Translations under genes and position numbers: made by a program
Source: Wolbachia endosymbiont of Drosophila innubila
GTDB lineage: Bacteria; Pseudomonadota; Alphaproteobacteria; Rickettsiales; Anaplasmataceae
Direction of reading: 5' to 3'
Length of the DNA stretch: 32,000 nucleotides
NCBI RefSeq assembly: GCF_021378375.1
Contig: NZ_CP076228.1
Location: 1,200,001 to 1,232,000, forward strand
Shown here: piece after piece, positions 18,233 to 30,935 of the stretch
Layout of the letters: each line of letters begins with the position of its first letter
Numbering within the stretch: position 1 is the first letter of the stretch
The notes under the pieces: model-generated
What the model saw: the letters and a program-made list of their open reading frames with translations, nothing else
The model's database searches: none
What the model was told of the DNA's origin: nothing

Positions 18233-20074
18233 TCAACTCTCATAGAGAGAGGATTTTTTTACTTTCTCATTCTTCTCATTTTCTTCTCTAACAATTTTTT
18301 TTCCGTTTAGTATATCCTTTATTTCATCTCCTGTTAAAGTTTCAAACTCCAGTAGATTTTCAGCAATAAGCTCTAAGCCTTTCTTATGCTTGGTCAAAAT
18401 GTCTTTTGCTTTTTCATAGCAAGAAGATATGATTTTTTTCACTTCTTCATCTATGAGCTTTAGCGTATCTTCAGATGTCATATGAGGATGTTGTGGATCT
18501 TGCTGCTCACGATTGTGATACACTAGCCCTATCTCATCATTCATTCCACATTTTTTTACCATAGCACGTGCTATGTTAGATGCTTGTCGTATATCAGAAG
18601 ACGCGCCACTTGTAACTTTATCGTAGCCAAAAATTAACTCTTCTGCTGCCCTGCCACCCATGGCAACAGTTATATCTGCTATCAGCTTTTCTCTTGTGTG
18701 GGACACTCTATCTGTTTCCGGTAGTCTCATAACTAAACCTAAGGCCATACCTCTTGGAATGATTGTTGCCTTGTGTATAGGATCAGAAGCAGGCATATTA
18801 ACCGCAATTATCGCATGACCAGCTTCATGGTATGCAGTCAGTCTCTTTTCCTCTTCTGTCATAATTAGGGATCGTCTTTCTACGCCCATCATTACTTTAT
18901 CACGTGCATATTCAAAATCATCCATGGTAACAATTTTCTTGTTTCTTCTTGCAGCGATAAGTGCAGATTCATTCACCAAATTTGCTAGATCAGCCCCTGA
19001 AAAACCTGGTGTTCCTCTTGCAACTGTTTTCACGTTTACATCTGGTGCTATTGATATTTTCTTTATATGAGTATTTAATATCTTTTCACGCCCATTTATA
19101 TCGGGTAAAGAAATAGTAATCTGTCGGTCAAAACGACCAGGTCTAAGCAGTGCTGGATCTAAGACATCCGGACGGTTAGTCGCAGCAATTATTATTACAC
19201 CTTCATTAGACTCAAAGCCATCCATCTCAACTAATAACTGATTTAATGTTTGTTCTCTTTCATCATTGCCGCCACCAAGACCAATGCCACGATGTCTACC
19301 CACCGCATCTATCTCATCTATAAAAATTATACAAGGAGCATTTTTCTTGCCTTGATCAAACATATCACGAACACGGCTCGCACCAACACCAACAAACATT
19401 TCAACAAAATCAGATCCAGAAATGCTAAAGAATGGCACATTAGCTTCTCCTGCAATTGCACGAGCAAGTAAAGTTTTACCAGTTCCAGGAGAGCCAATTA
19501 AAAGGCACCCTTTTGGTATTTTTCCACCTAATATTTGAAATTTTTGCCTTTGTTTAAGGAAATCAACGATCTCTACTAGCTCTTCTTTTGCTTCATCAAT
19601 TCCAGCAACATCATCAAATGTTACTTTTTTTCCACTAGTCATGAGTCTAGCCCTTGACTTGCCAAAGCTTATAGTGCTGTTGCCTCCCGCTTGTGTTTGT
19701 TTAAGAAAGAATAGCAAAAAGCCAATAAAGATAAATGTTGGGACCCATGAGATAAGTAATCCACCAATTACGTTCATGGCAGAATCTCCAGTTGAAAAGG
19801 AGAATCTCACTTTTCTATCATGTAAATTTTTTATTAGGTCGCTATATATGACACCGCTTGAATTGAAACTTGAACCGTCCCTGAACTTGCCTTCAATGCT
19901 CTGGTTTTTTATGACAATATTTTCTACATCATTGTCTCCTAGTCTAGTTAAAAATTCCGAAAAAGGTATAATTGTTTTACTTTTACCTACATTTCCGCTA
20001 AATTGAATATAAGCAACTGAAATAAGAACAATAATTACTAACCAGATCAATAAGCCTTCTAAAAATTTTTTCAT
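18233..20074 (-). CDS. ftsH: ATP-dependent zinc metalloprotease FtsH
   Basis: [21 protein letters not shown]-type motifs, HEAGHAI zinc motif, N-terminal TM segments. Confidence 0.97.
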   Translation of the reverse strand: MKKFLEGLLIWLVIIVLISVAYIQFSGNVGKSKTIIPFSEFLTRLGDNDVENIVIKNQSIEGKFRDGSSFNSSGVIYSDLIKNLHDRKVRFSFSTGDSAMNVIGGLLISWVPTFIFIGFLLFFLKQTQAGGNSTISFGKSRARLMTSGKKVTFDDVAGIDEAKEELVEIVDFLKQRQKFQILGGKIPKGCLLIGSPGTGKTLLARAIAGEANVPFFSISGSDFVEMFVGVGASRVRDMFDQGKKNAPCIIFIDEIDAVGRHRGIGLGGGNDEREQTLNQLLVEMDGFESNEGVIIIAATNRPDVLDPALLRPGRFDRQITISLPDINGREKILNTHIKKISIAPDVNVKTVARGTPGFSGADLANLVNESALIAARRNKKIVTMDDFEYARDKVMMGVERRSLIMTEEEKRLTAYHEAGHAIIAVNMPASDPIHKATIIPRGMALGLVMRLPETDRVSHTREKLIADITVAMGGRAAEELIFGYDKVTSGASSDIRQASNIARAMVKKCGMNDEIGLVYHNREQQDPQHPHMTSEDTLKLIDEEVKKIISSCYEKAKDILTKHKKGLELIAENLLEFETLTGDEIKDILNGKKIVREENEKNEKVKKSSLYES

Positions 20075-20086
20075 TTCTATTTCTAA

Positions 20087-21382
20087 CTAAATACTAATCA
20101 AGCTTACCAAATTTTGTTTTATCGTGCTATTAATAATGCATTGAACCTTATCGTCATTGGTATTTTTTCCGTTATAATTTACATCAGGATAAGCAAGCAC
20201 CTTGCTATCTTTTTGTACTGCAGGCAAAGAGTAGAAAACTTCAGGGCAGCAGTTGTAATCCTTCAGAAATTCAGGAACTTTTTGTGTTTTTTTTAATGGA
20301 GCGATGATAACTGAACACCCTTGATTTCCGAGTATTGTGCAGCTAAATCTGTTATCCCATTGGGTAGGTTCATTTAAAGGTAGGTTTACGGTAATTTCTT
20401 GTATCCTTGACGATTCTCTAATTATTAAGATATTTTCTCCATACTTTCTTATTTTACACCCAGAAAGTGTACAGTTAACATTACTATCCTTTTGCAATAT
20501 TCTATTAAATATTGCAATGAGGCTGCTGTACCTTGGTTTATAATGTTTACTGGCAATTGCCATTATAGAGTAAAGAAGAAGCCTCAAGGCTATTTCCTCT
20601 GGCAATTGATAAAATTCACTTAGTTTAATTTCAATATAACCAAGATCATGCACATTAACGCAGTCATTAAACGCAAGGCGTGTGTAGTGCATCAACGCTT
20701 TTGCAGCTCTTTTCATATGAAGGGCTGTGAGGCATATTCGCTCTGTTAAAATCTCTTGATTATCACTTGCTTTAAGTAAGTTACGGTATAAAGTTCGTCT
20801 GTATTTTAAGTCATGATTGCTTCTATCTTCGATCCATTTTAACCGATGAAGCTTAGCGTACTTTTCTATTTCACTACGACTAAAATTTAACAATGGCCTA
20901 AATATATAAATACCATTTAGGAAAGACTTGTAGTCCATTGATGATAATCCATCTACGCCACTACCTCGCTCTAATCTTAACAAGAACGTTTCTGCTTGAT
21001 CATCTTTGTGATGAGCAACAAGTAAATATTTAACATTATTATTTTTACACCACTCTGCTAGTAACTTATACCGTGCTTTTCGTGCCTGTAACTGAATATT
21101 GCCTTTAATATTTTGCTTCTCCCAATTTAATATGAACGATTCCTTTGCTCCAAGTTCCTTTGCATAACTTACAACAAAATCAGCTTCTTTTTGAGACTCT
21201 GGACGTAATCCATGATTTACTGTTAATGCTATAGGAAGTGAAAGCTTGTTTTTTTTTGCCCAGTTAGTCATTAAGTGCAGTAAGACTATACTATCTACAC
21301 CACCTGATACTGCAACTGCAACTTGATTGTTATAGAAAGCAAAACTATTAACCACATTTTGAAATAATAACTCTAATTCCAT
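20087..21382 (-). CDS. tilS: tRNA(Ile)-lysidine synthase
   Basis: [52 protein letters not shown]; located immediately upstream of ftsH. Confidence 0.95.
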   Translation of the reverse strand: MELELLFQNVVNSFAFYNNQVAVAVSGGVDSIVLLHLMTNWAKKNKLSLPIALTVNHGLRPESQKEADFVVSYAKELGAKESFILNWEKQNIKGNIQLQARKARYKLLAEWCKNNNVKYLLVAHHKDDQAETFLLRLERGSGVDGLSSMDYKSFLNGIYIFRPLLNFSRSEIEKYAKLHRLKWIEDRSNHDLKYRRTLYRNLLKASDNQEILTERICLTALHMKRAAKALMHYTRLAFNDCVNVHDLGYIEIKLSEFYQLPEEIALRLLLYSIMAIASKHYKPRYSSLIAIFNRILQKDSNVNCTLSGCKIRKYGENILIIRESSRIQEITVNLPLNEPTQWDNRFSCTILGNQGCSVIIAPLKKTQKVPEFLKDYNCCPEVFYSLPAVQKDSKVLAYPDVNYNGKNTNDDKVQCIINSTIKQNLVSLISI

Positions 21383-21509
21383 TATGTCTCTTGATGGCCA
21401 GAAAGGTCAGATCTCTTACGTCATACCGCGACTTATTTGTGGTATATATAGATCCCGCTAACAAGCAACGAAATATGATAAGTTTGTCCTTTTTTGTCTA
21501 CCCCAGTGC

Positions 21510-21560
21510 CCTTTCTTTATGTCATCCCAGTGTTTGACACTGGGATCCAGGTTTTAATGC
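21510..21560. repeat. palindromic repeat, cactgggatccag type
   Basis: atgtcatcccagtgtttgacactgggatccag: tgtcatcccagtg and cactgggat arms, shared with loci at 10858, 24902 and 29166. Confidence 0.65.
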
Positions 21561-21566
21561 AAGAAA

Positions 21567-22046
21567 CTATTTCTTTATTCCAGAAAATGAAAATTCCACT
21601 CTACGATTTTTAGCATGCTCTTTTTCATATTTAGAATTTCTAGAATCATCTTTTACATTAACCAAAGGCTCAGTTTCACCTTTAGAAGCAGTTTTTATTC
21701 TGTTTTCTATGTAAGGTGTACAACTAACCATAAATTTTTTAGCTGCATCAGCCCTTCTAGCGCCTAGCGCAAGATTATATTCATGAGAACCACGGTTGTC
21801 AGTGTGACCAGTTAAAGTAACCTTCGCGTCAGGGTTATCTTGTAACACCTCCATTACGTCAAGTAATGCATCTGCACTTACTTCAGCAATACTAGATTCA
21901 TCATAACCAAAGAAAACCCTTTTATCACCTATCTGCTTAACAACAGAATTTATTTTATTTGTTGTATTTGCTCCTTTTTTTGGGCAAGAACTTACACCAG
22001 TAAGTAATAAACAAAAACAGCACATTATAACCAGTCTACTCCACAT
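21567..22046 (-). CDS. pal: peptidoglycan-associated lipoprotein (OmpA-like C-terminal domain)
   Basis: Lipobox LTGVSSC; FFGYDESSIAEV ... VTLTGHTDNRGSHEYNLALGARRADAAKKFM ... YEKEHAKNRRVEF. Confidence 0.92.
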   Translation of the reverse strand: MWSRLVIMCCFCLLLTGVSSCPKKGANTTNKINSVVKQIGDKRVFFGYDESSIAEVSADALLDVMEVLQDNPDAKVTLTGHTDNRGSHEYNLALGARRADAAKKFMVSCTPYIENRIKTASKGETEPLVNVKDDSRNSKYEKEHAKNRRVEFSFSGIKK

Positions 22047-22321
22047 TACTAAACCTCCATAAATTTTAAATAGTGCGTAACTTTAATTTCAGTAGCTAAT
22101 ATCTCTCCATATTGTAATATAGTCAAGAGAAATAAAATACTAAATACTTTTTCTACAGCCTTACAATTAATTTTCCTATAATATGCTGGACTCTGAGTAG
22201 AAAAATCCAATAAAAGAATAAAAAGTACAATTTTTTATTGTACTTTAAGCAAATATACTTTTAACTTTATTATTAATCTATTACGGTATTAAACAGATGT
22301 TTTCTAAAATAATGAACAAAT

Positions 22322-24843
<2,522 letters not shown>

Positions 24844-24901
24844 ATTATTTTTAAAGGTAGTTCATCGAATTTTATAGCAAATTTTACCTCAAGCATAAAG
24901 A

Positions 24902-25015
24902 TGTCATCCAAGTAGCCAACACTGGGATCCAGAAAAATTGACTATAAACAAGTATGCTGTTTCGATGAAATTGTGTAATAGAAACTAGATTCCAGTGTCA
25001 GCTACTTGCATGACA
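24902..25015. repeat. inverted pair of palindromic-family arms upstream of mnmA
   Basis: Left arm 24902-24932 tgtcatccaagtagccaacactgggatccag; right arm 24985-25015 ctagattccagtgtcagctacttgcatgaca is its imperfect reverse complement. Confidence 0.75.
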
Positions 25016-25045
25016 CCAAGTTTGTGTTTATAAATTAAGGCGATT

Positions 25046-26158
25046 ATGCTAAAAGAATTTGAAATAGAACCTCTGCTAAAAGATAAAGCTCCGCACCAGA
25101 CCAAGGCTGTTGTTGCAATGTCCGGGGGAGTTGATAGCTCCGTTGCTGCAGCACTGCTACATAACCTTGGGTACAAAGTGGTAGGTGTGACTCTTCAACT
25201 CTATGGCACCGACGGTAATGCTAACGCAAGAAAGGGCGCATGCTGCGCTGGACAGGATATTTATGACGCTAAGCGTGTAGCTGAAAGTGTTGGCTTTCCT
25301 CACTATATTTTAAACTATGAGGAAATATTCAAAAAGGAAGTAATAGAGGATTTTGCGAGTACCTATATGCGTGGGGAAACTCCCATACCATGCGTGAGAT
25401 GTAACCAAACGGTAAAATTTCGTGATCTATTGCAAGTTACAAAAAATCTTGGTGCGGATGTGCTCGTAACAGGACATTACGTGAGAAGGTTAGAAAAAAA
25501 TGGTGAGGTAAAGTTGTGCAGAAGCATTGATAAAAGTAAAGATCAAAGTTATTTTTTGTTTGCTACAACTCAAGAGCAATTGAAGCTTTTGCGATTTCCA
25601 CTAGGTGGGTTCTATAAAAGTGATATAAGAAAATTAGCAAAGTATTTCAGCTTACAAATTTCTGAAAAGCAGGACAGTCAAGATATATGCTTTGTTTCCG
25701 AAAGCTATAGTAAAACAATAGCTAAATTAGCTCCACAATCTGTACAGAAAGGTAAAATAGTGGATGTTAATGGAAAAGTGCTAGGCGAGCACAGTGGCAT
25801 AGTAAATTTTACAGTGGGGCAAAGAAAGGGCTTGGGTATCGCACACAATGAACCTCTTTATGTGATAAAAATTAATACAGAAAATAATGAGGTTATAGTA
25901 GGTCCGATCAACGTATTAATGCAAAAAAAAATATTGATCAAGGAGTTAAATTGGTTAGAACAACCAAAGGAAGGTATGGAAGTAACTGTGAAGCTGAGAT
26001 CATCACATGTGGGAAGTTTAGCAACAATACATTCAACTGACGAAAAAAATAAAGCCTGTGTCATTTTAAACGACGATTACTTTGGCATCAGTCCAGGTCA
26101 AGCCTGTGTAGCGTATAAAGATGAGCAAGTTATCGGCGGTGGATGGATATGCTCTTAA
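25046..26158 (+). CDS. mnmA: tRNA-specific 2-thiouridylase MnmA
   Basis: [60 protein letters not shown]. Confidence 0.96.
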   Translation: MLKEFEIEPLLKDKAPHQTKAVVAMSGGVDSSVAAALLHNLGYKVVGVTLQLYGTDGNANARKGACCAGQDIYDAKRVAESVGFPHYILNYEEIFKKEVIEDFASTYMRGETPIPCVRCNQTVKFRDLLQVTKNLGADVLVTGHYVRRLEKNGEVKLCRSIDKSKDQSYFLFATTQEQLKLLRFPLGGFYKSDIRKLAKYFSLQISEKQDSQDICFVSESYSKTIAKLAPQSVQKGKIVDVNGKVLGEHSGIVNFTVGQRKGLGIAHNEPLYVIKINTENNEVIVGPINVLMQKKILIKELNWLEQPKEGMEVTVKLRSSHVGSLATIHSTDEKNKACVILNDDYFGISPGQACVAYKDEQVIGGGWICS

Positions 26159-26190
26159 CTAAAAGCTTTAATGCAGAGTGTAAACATACA

Positions 26191-26687
26191 ATAGACTTCT
26201 TGCATAACCATATAACAGAAACGAAAAAACTTGCTTGACAAACTCCGCCAGCCCCCTTATCATGAAACTGAAGCTATTTATTTATCTTCTCTGTACAGAT
26301 TAAATGACAAAAAACTCACGTATCTGGCGTCTCATGTTTAATTTTTTGCACTATGTGCACTCTATGTCTTTATCAAATTCTGGGTTTTTACCTACACAAG
26401 CTGAAATACGCTTATAAAGCATTTAAAACATTAAAAAACGCCAACTTAAAAAATGGATAGTGAATAATTAGCTACCCTAGGGTTTCTTTTGCCTTTTTTT
26501 CTGTTTAGTAAATTTCTTAATGTTTATAATTTAGATTAGTTGCAGCTTAAAAGCAGCTGAGTCGTGGTTATTAAGCGTTTAGAATAAAAAAACGCCATAC
26601 TTGAAAGTATAATGTAAGTAATTAGCCAACCACGGGGCTTCTTTTGCCTTTTTTTCGTTTGGTAAATTTCTTAATGTTTGTAGCTAA
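26191..26687. repeat. dispersed ~490-bp repeat, copy 2
   Basis: Collinear with 10331-10818 over all shared blocks; also contains an internal near-duplication of the block '...gggNttcttttgcctttttttc.gttNgtaaatttcttaatgttt'. Confidence 0.85.
26235..26263 (+). promoter_or_regulatory. candidate sigma70-type promoter inside repeat copy 2 (TTGACA-17 bp-TATCAT)
   Basis: -35 TTGACA 26235-26240, 17-bp spacer, TATCAT 26258-26263. Confidence 0.45.
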
Positions 26688-26695
26688 ACGACAAC

Positions 26696-27125
26696 CGTCA
26701 TCCCGCTAGCGGGATCTCTTGTTAGTGGCTGAGAGATACCGCGAATGAATCGCGGTATGACGGTTCGCGGCAGCATAAAGATAAGTTTCGTCATCCCACT
26801 GCTTGTTAGCGGGATCTGGAGATACCGCGGCGGTATGACAGTTCGTGGCAGCATGAAGATAAGCTCGTCATCCCGCTAGCGGGATCTCTTGTTAGCGCCG
26901 CGGCGGTATGACGTAGGATTGTTGTCATTTCGCTACTTGTTAGCGGCTAAGAGATACCGCGGCGGTATGACGGTTCGTGGCAGCATAAAGATAAGTCTCG
27001 TCATCCCGCTACGTGTTAGCGGGATCTATGTTGAGAGATACCGCGAATGAATCGCGGTATGACGGTGTAGATAGTATCCCGCTGCGTGTTAGCGGGATCT
27101 CTTGTTAGTGCCGCGGCGGTATAGC
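26696..27125. repeat. tandem cluster of about six palindromic units (roughly 50-93 bp each)
   Basis: Unit starts near 26696, 26789, 26866, 26923, 26999 and 27074; recurrent cgtcatcccgct(a)...ttagcgggatct...gagataccgcggcggtatgacggttcgtggcagcat(a/g)aagataag. Confidence 0.85.
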
Positions 27126-27233
27126 TATACCTTTTTCTACTTAGTTTGGGTTATGCAAGAAGTCTAATAACATTTATTGCTATTTTGCGATGTATCCCTT
27201 ATACTATAAAGTAGAACATTATAGGTTTCAGCA

Positions 27234-28460
27234 ATGATAAAAGAAATTGAAGAACTAATAAAAATTGTTGATAAGGGTAATTTATTAGAGACGTTATTTA
27301 TTTTTTTAGGTAGCTTTCAACATGCTAACTTAGATTGTTTTATGGATCACAGAAATCATTTTGGTTTGTCTAAATTCATTAGAAAAAAAGAGGAACCATT
27401 AGATAAATATTTTAACTTAAAATTTAGCCTACAAGGGCTGTTTTTAATTTATGTTCAAGCTTATCAAATTCTAAGTGAAAACAATAACCTGAATACTAAA
27501 GATGTCATAGATAAAATATGTGAAGTTATTAAAGGATCTAAGTTAAATGAAGATATAAAAGGAGTAGTAGGTGGAAGAAAATTAGATTTACTTAACATCT
27601 TAGCAAATCCAAAGAGAGAACCAATATTTAAAACAGAAGAAGATTTTGAAAATAAAGTACTCATTGGTCTTAGAAAGTTACTAAGTGAAGGAAATACATT
27701 AAACAAATATGACAGAGAATTTGCATTAAATAAGTGCGTTATCAGCAGCTATTATTCCATTCATGACATAAAAGTAGATAAAGATATAGCATTGTTCTTT
27801 TCTTTGGGTAGTCACTACTATAAAGAACTTTCGTCACCTAACAAAACAGTAAAAAGAGAAGTATTAGAGATATGTGAGAATCAGTTAATAAAGAGCTATA
27901 TAATATTCTTAGCTAGCGCACTACACATGATCAGATTATCAAGTGGAGATAAATGTACAATCGACCATGCGAATGTGGATCAGCAAGAGAAAGCATTGAA
28001 AATGGATGGATTAATATGTCCTATAAATAAAAAAAACACCCTAGAGCAACTGTTAAAAAACCAAAATAGTGATGAATTTGAACAATTAGTAACGAGCCCT
28101 GATAATATATACTACTCAGTGCTGCAAGAAGAGAATGAATGTAGGCCAAATCCTATCACCAGCAAGAAAAAAGAAAAAGACCATAAAAACACAGTCTGTA
28201 AACTTATTTTAGGTATGTTTGTATTATCTGTTGGGTTATATGTTGCTGATTATTTCTTTATGGAGCAAAAATTATTTAATCCAATAAAAGGTGTCCTACC
28301 ACAGGATAATTTTGCTAATCTAGTAATTGCTGCAGGGCTTACTATCGTAATAGTATATGCTTTATTTCAATTATCACAGGAACCACCACTTTCAACAGTC
28401 AATAAGATGACGAATGAAAATTTAGGACAGCCCGTGCAAAATAAGTTTAGAATTACATAA
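27234..28460 (+). CDS. hypothetical protein (408 aa) with two C-terminal transmembrane segments
   Basis: Complete ORF; TM-like VCKLILGMFVLSVGLYVADYFF and FANLVIAAGLTIVIVYALFQL; no family recognised. Confidence 0.65.
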   Translation: MIKEIEELIKIVDKGNLLETLFIFLGSFQHANLDCFMDHRNHFGLSKFIRKKEEPLDKYFNLKFSLQGLFLIYVQAYQILSENNNLNTKDVIDKICEVIKGSKLNEDIKGVVGGRKLDLLNILANPKREPIFKTEEDFENKVLIGLRKLLSEGNTLNKYDREFALNKCVISSYYSIHDIKVDKDIALFFSLGSHYYKELSSPNKTVKREVLEICENQLIKSYIIFLASALHMIRLSSGDKCTIDHANVDQQEKALKMDGLICPINKKNTLEQLLKNQNSDEFEQLVTSPDNIYYSVLQEENECRPNPITSKKKEKDHKNTVCKLILGMFVLSVGLYVADYFFMEQKLFNPIKGVLPQDNFANLVIAAGLTIVIVYALFQLSQEPPLSTVNKMTNENLGQPVQNKFRIT

Positions 28461-28519
28461 ATGTAGCAACTTAAAAGCATATATTGTATAATGCTTATTC
28501 TCAAGTTAAGAGGTAATTT

Positions 28520-29026
28520 ATGGATTTAAGTAAAATAACAGCAGGACCAAATGCGGTGAATGTGGTAATTGAAATAAGTGCGAATGCTGAGCCTGTAAAG
28601 TATGAATTTAATAAAGAGTTTAGGTTGTTACAAGTTGACAGATTTTTATCTACCTCAATGACTTATCCTTGCAATTATGGGTTTGTACCAAATACCTGCG
28701 CAGGTGATGGTGATCCTGTGGATGTTTTGGTGCTAACTCAATTTCCCTTAGCATCTAGTGTTTTAATATCGGTGCGTCCAATAGGCGCATTACTCACTAA
28801 AGATGAAAAAGGAGAAGATGAGAAAATATTAGCAGTGCCTGTTTCCAGTGTTGATAGCTATTATGACAATATAAAGGACTATTCTGACTTATCTAAAAGC
28901 CTACTAGATAAAATTACTCATTTCTTTTCTCATTATAAAGATCTGGAAAAGGGAAAAACGGTAGCAGTTGGAGAATGGGTTGGTGTGGAAGAAGCAAAGA
29001 AAATCATTGAAAAAAGCAGAAATTAG
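28520..29026 (+). CDS. ppa: inorganic pyrophosphatase
   Basis: VVIEISANAEPVKYEF, MTYPCNYGFVPNT, DGDPVDVLVL. Confidence 0.96.
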   Translation: MDLSKITAGPNAVNVVIEISANAEPVKYEFNKEFRLLQVDRFLSTSMTYPCNYGFVPNTCAGDGDPVDVLVLTQFPLASSVLISVRPIGALLTKDEKGEDEKILAVPVSSVDSYYDNIKDYSDLSKSLLDKITHFFSHYKDLEKGKTVAVGEWVGVEEAKKIIEKSRN

Positions 29027-29165
29027 TTTTTATTGATTTATAGCTAAAGTGGCTTAGGTTTGCCCACAATTTGAAAAACAACAAATTCGTCATTCCGCTA
29101 CTTGTTAGCGGAATCTATACCGCGCACAACTGTACGAACATTGCAATATGGCACATAGTAAACGA

Positions 29166-29297
29166 TGTCATTCCAGTGCGTGACACTGGGATCCAGACTT
29201 TCCGTAAAAACGTTATATTTTAACATAACACTTATATGCTCACCAACTTAGTGCTAATCAAAATCCTGGATCCCAGTGTCTGGGCACTGGGATGACA
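29166..29297. repeat. large inverted repeat (31/32-bp arms)
   Basis: Left 29166-29196 tgtcattccagtgcgtgacactgggatccag; right 29266-29297 ctggatcccagtgtctgggcactgggatgaca. Confidence 0.8.
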
Positions 29298-29425
29298 AGA
29301 AAGGGAGCACTGGAATTTTTGTTTCAGCATTAGCCATGCATCTGAACAGATACAAATATTGCAATTAAAAGCATTAGACAGGTGGTAGAGGTCTTGGTAT
29401 TATATAATCTTTAGGTTCTAAATTT

Positions 29426-29516
29426 GGAAGGGTGGCCGAGCGGCTGAAGGCGGCGGTTTGCTAAACCGTTATACGACCCAAAAGTCGTATCGAGGGTTCG
29501 AATCCCTCTCCTTCCG
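29426..29516 (+). tRNA. tRNA-Ser (GCU)
   Basis: GGAAGGG acceptor with TCCTTCC, GCGGTTTGCTAAACCG anticodon arm (GCT), long variable arm tacgac/gtcgta, T-loop GGTTCGAATCC. Confidence 0.96.
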
Positions 29517-29692
29517 TATACTGTTTTTAGCACGGTTTAAATTCGCTATATTAGCATGTTTTTAGCCTATTTACCAGCGTACCTGATTTTGTTGCAATGG
29601 TTTTTATTTCCATTGCCACTGAGATCACTATTAAAAAGTTGGCTAGCATTGACTCAGTATTTATTATAGAATTGGTTGTTAACTTTACTTGT

Positions 29693-30838
29693 ATGTATAA
29701 AATACTAATTTTACTGTTGATAGTGTTGCCACTTAGGTTGCTTGCAACCGAGATTGAAATTGTTGCAGATGTAAATGGTGAACCAATTTCAAATTTAGAT
29801 ATCGAAAAACGCATCAACTTTATAAATTCATTGTTTGGCACTCAAAGTGTTAATCAAAAAGAAGCAAAGCCTCAAGTGCTTAGGGAGCTAATAGACGAAA
29901 TTATCATTATCAATGAAGCACAGAGGCTGAATATAAAATTGAGCAACGAGGAGTTAGATAATGCTATTATGTTATTTTTAACCCAAAGTTTTAAATTTAA
30001 GGCTAATGAAGTTGATCAATACATAGAGAAGCATAATATAGATCTTGGTATTTTAAGAAAACAAATAAAATGTCAGTTACTGTGGAGCAAAATTATTGAA
30101 GTAAGAATTGTGCCATTTATTAATATAAGCGATAAAGAAGTAGATGATGTAAAAAGGCAAACAGAAAAGCCGGATTATCTTATCACGTTCCAAGAGTTTA
30201 TAATTCCTGATCAAAAAGACAAGGACGTTTATGGTATAGCTGAAGATTTAGTAAAAAAATTACGCAACAGTGATAACCCAGAATCTCCAATAAAGATGCG
30301 TAAAGCAACAGTTAATTTAAGTCAGCTAAAAGGAAAACTCAAGAGCGTTTTAGAAGGATTAGAAACCAGCGACATAGCAGGTCCATTCAGTTTCAGTGAA
30401 GGTTACTCCGTTATAAAAGTAATAGATAAAGTACAACTTAATCATGCACTGCTGGAAAGCACTTTAAAATTAAAACAGATTGTGGTTGAAGGTTCAGAAA
30501 GTTTATTAGATAATCTCAAGGAGCAAAAGGTCAGTTGTTTAAATTTTGATAAATTGGCAGATAATTTTAAGCTGCCAAACGCAAAAGAATTTGAAATAAA
30601 AATGCGAGATTTAAATCCTGATTTACAGATTTTATTTAGTAAAACAAGTGTGAATGAAATAGTAGAATTGAGAGAAAATGGCACTGCAAAGTTGATGATG
30701 TTGTGTGATATCAAGAGTAATGTAGCGGGTATAGAAGCAATCAAACAGAAAATGTACCAACAAAAGATTATGATACAAAGCAACTTGTTATTAGATGATA
30801 TGCGTAAAAATGCAGCTATCAGTTATCGGTATAGTTGA
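29693..30838 (+). CDS. SurA-like periplasmic chaperone / parvulin-type peptidyl-prolyl isomerase (track ORF opens at 29597; 29693 preferred)
   Basis: Signal peptide MYKILILLLIVLPLRLLA, then IVADVNGEPISNLDIEKRINFI, ELIDEIIIINEAQRLNIKLSNEELDNAI; weak rotamase-like region with DIAGPFSFSEGYSVIKVIDK. Confidence 0.8.
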   Translation: MYKILILLLIVLPLRLLATEIEIVADVNGEPISNLDIEKRINFINSLFGTQSVNQKEAKPQVLRELIDEIIIINEAQRLNIKLSNEELDNAIMLFLTQSFKFKANEVDQYIEKHNIDLGILRKQIKCQLLWSKIIEVRIVPFINISDKEVDDVKRQTEKPDYLITFQEFIIPDQKDKDVYGIAEDLVKKLRNSDNPESPIKMRKATVNLSQLKGKLKSVLEGLETSDIAGPFSFSEGYSVIKVIDKVQLNHALLESTLKLKQIVVEGSESLLDNLKEQKVSCLNFDKLADNFKLPNAKEFEIKMRDLNPDLQILFSKTSVNEIVELRENGTAKLMMLCDIKSNVAGIEAIKQKMYQQKIMIQSNLLLDDMRKNAAISYRYS

Positions 30839-30935
30839 AGTCAGAGAGTGTTCTTGTCTTTGTGTATAGAACTATATAAATTACTTTGTTCTATAAAATT
30901 TCAAAAAATTTGAACAAATGCAGTTAAAATAGCAC

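Larger units (their letters stand above)
26192..27166. mobile_element. candidate 975-bp non-autonomous element bounded by 18-bp perfect inverted repeats
   Basis: tagacttcttgcataacc at 26192-26209 and ggttatgcaagaagtcta at 27149-27166; outermost TA could be a target duplication, leaving 16-bp TIRs. No internal transposase ORF. Confidence 0.4.

Noticed and set aside
19641-20006. 121-aa plus-strand ORF antisense to ftsH
   Set aside because: Shadow ORF of a strongly supported gene; no family-like sequence.
26696-27125. Possible CRISPR array (regularly repeated palindromic units)
   Set aside because: Units vary in length and sequence, there are no unique constant-length spacers, the repeated part spans most of each unit, and no cas genes are nearby.
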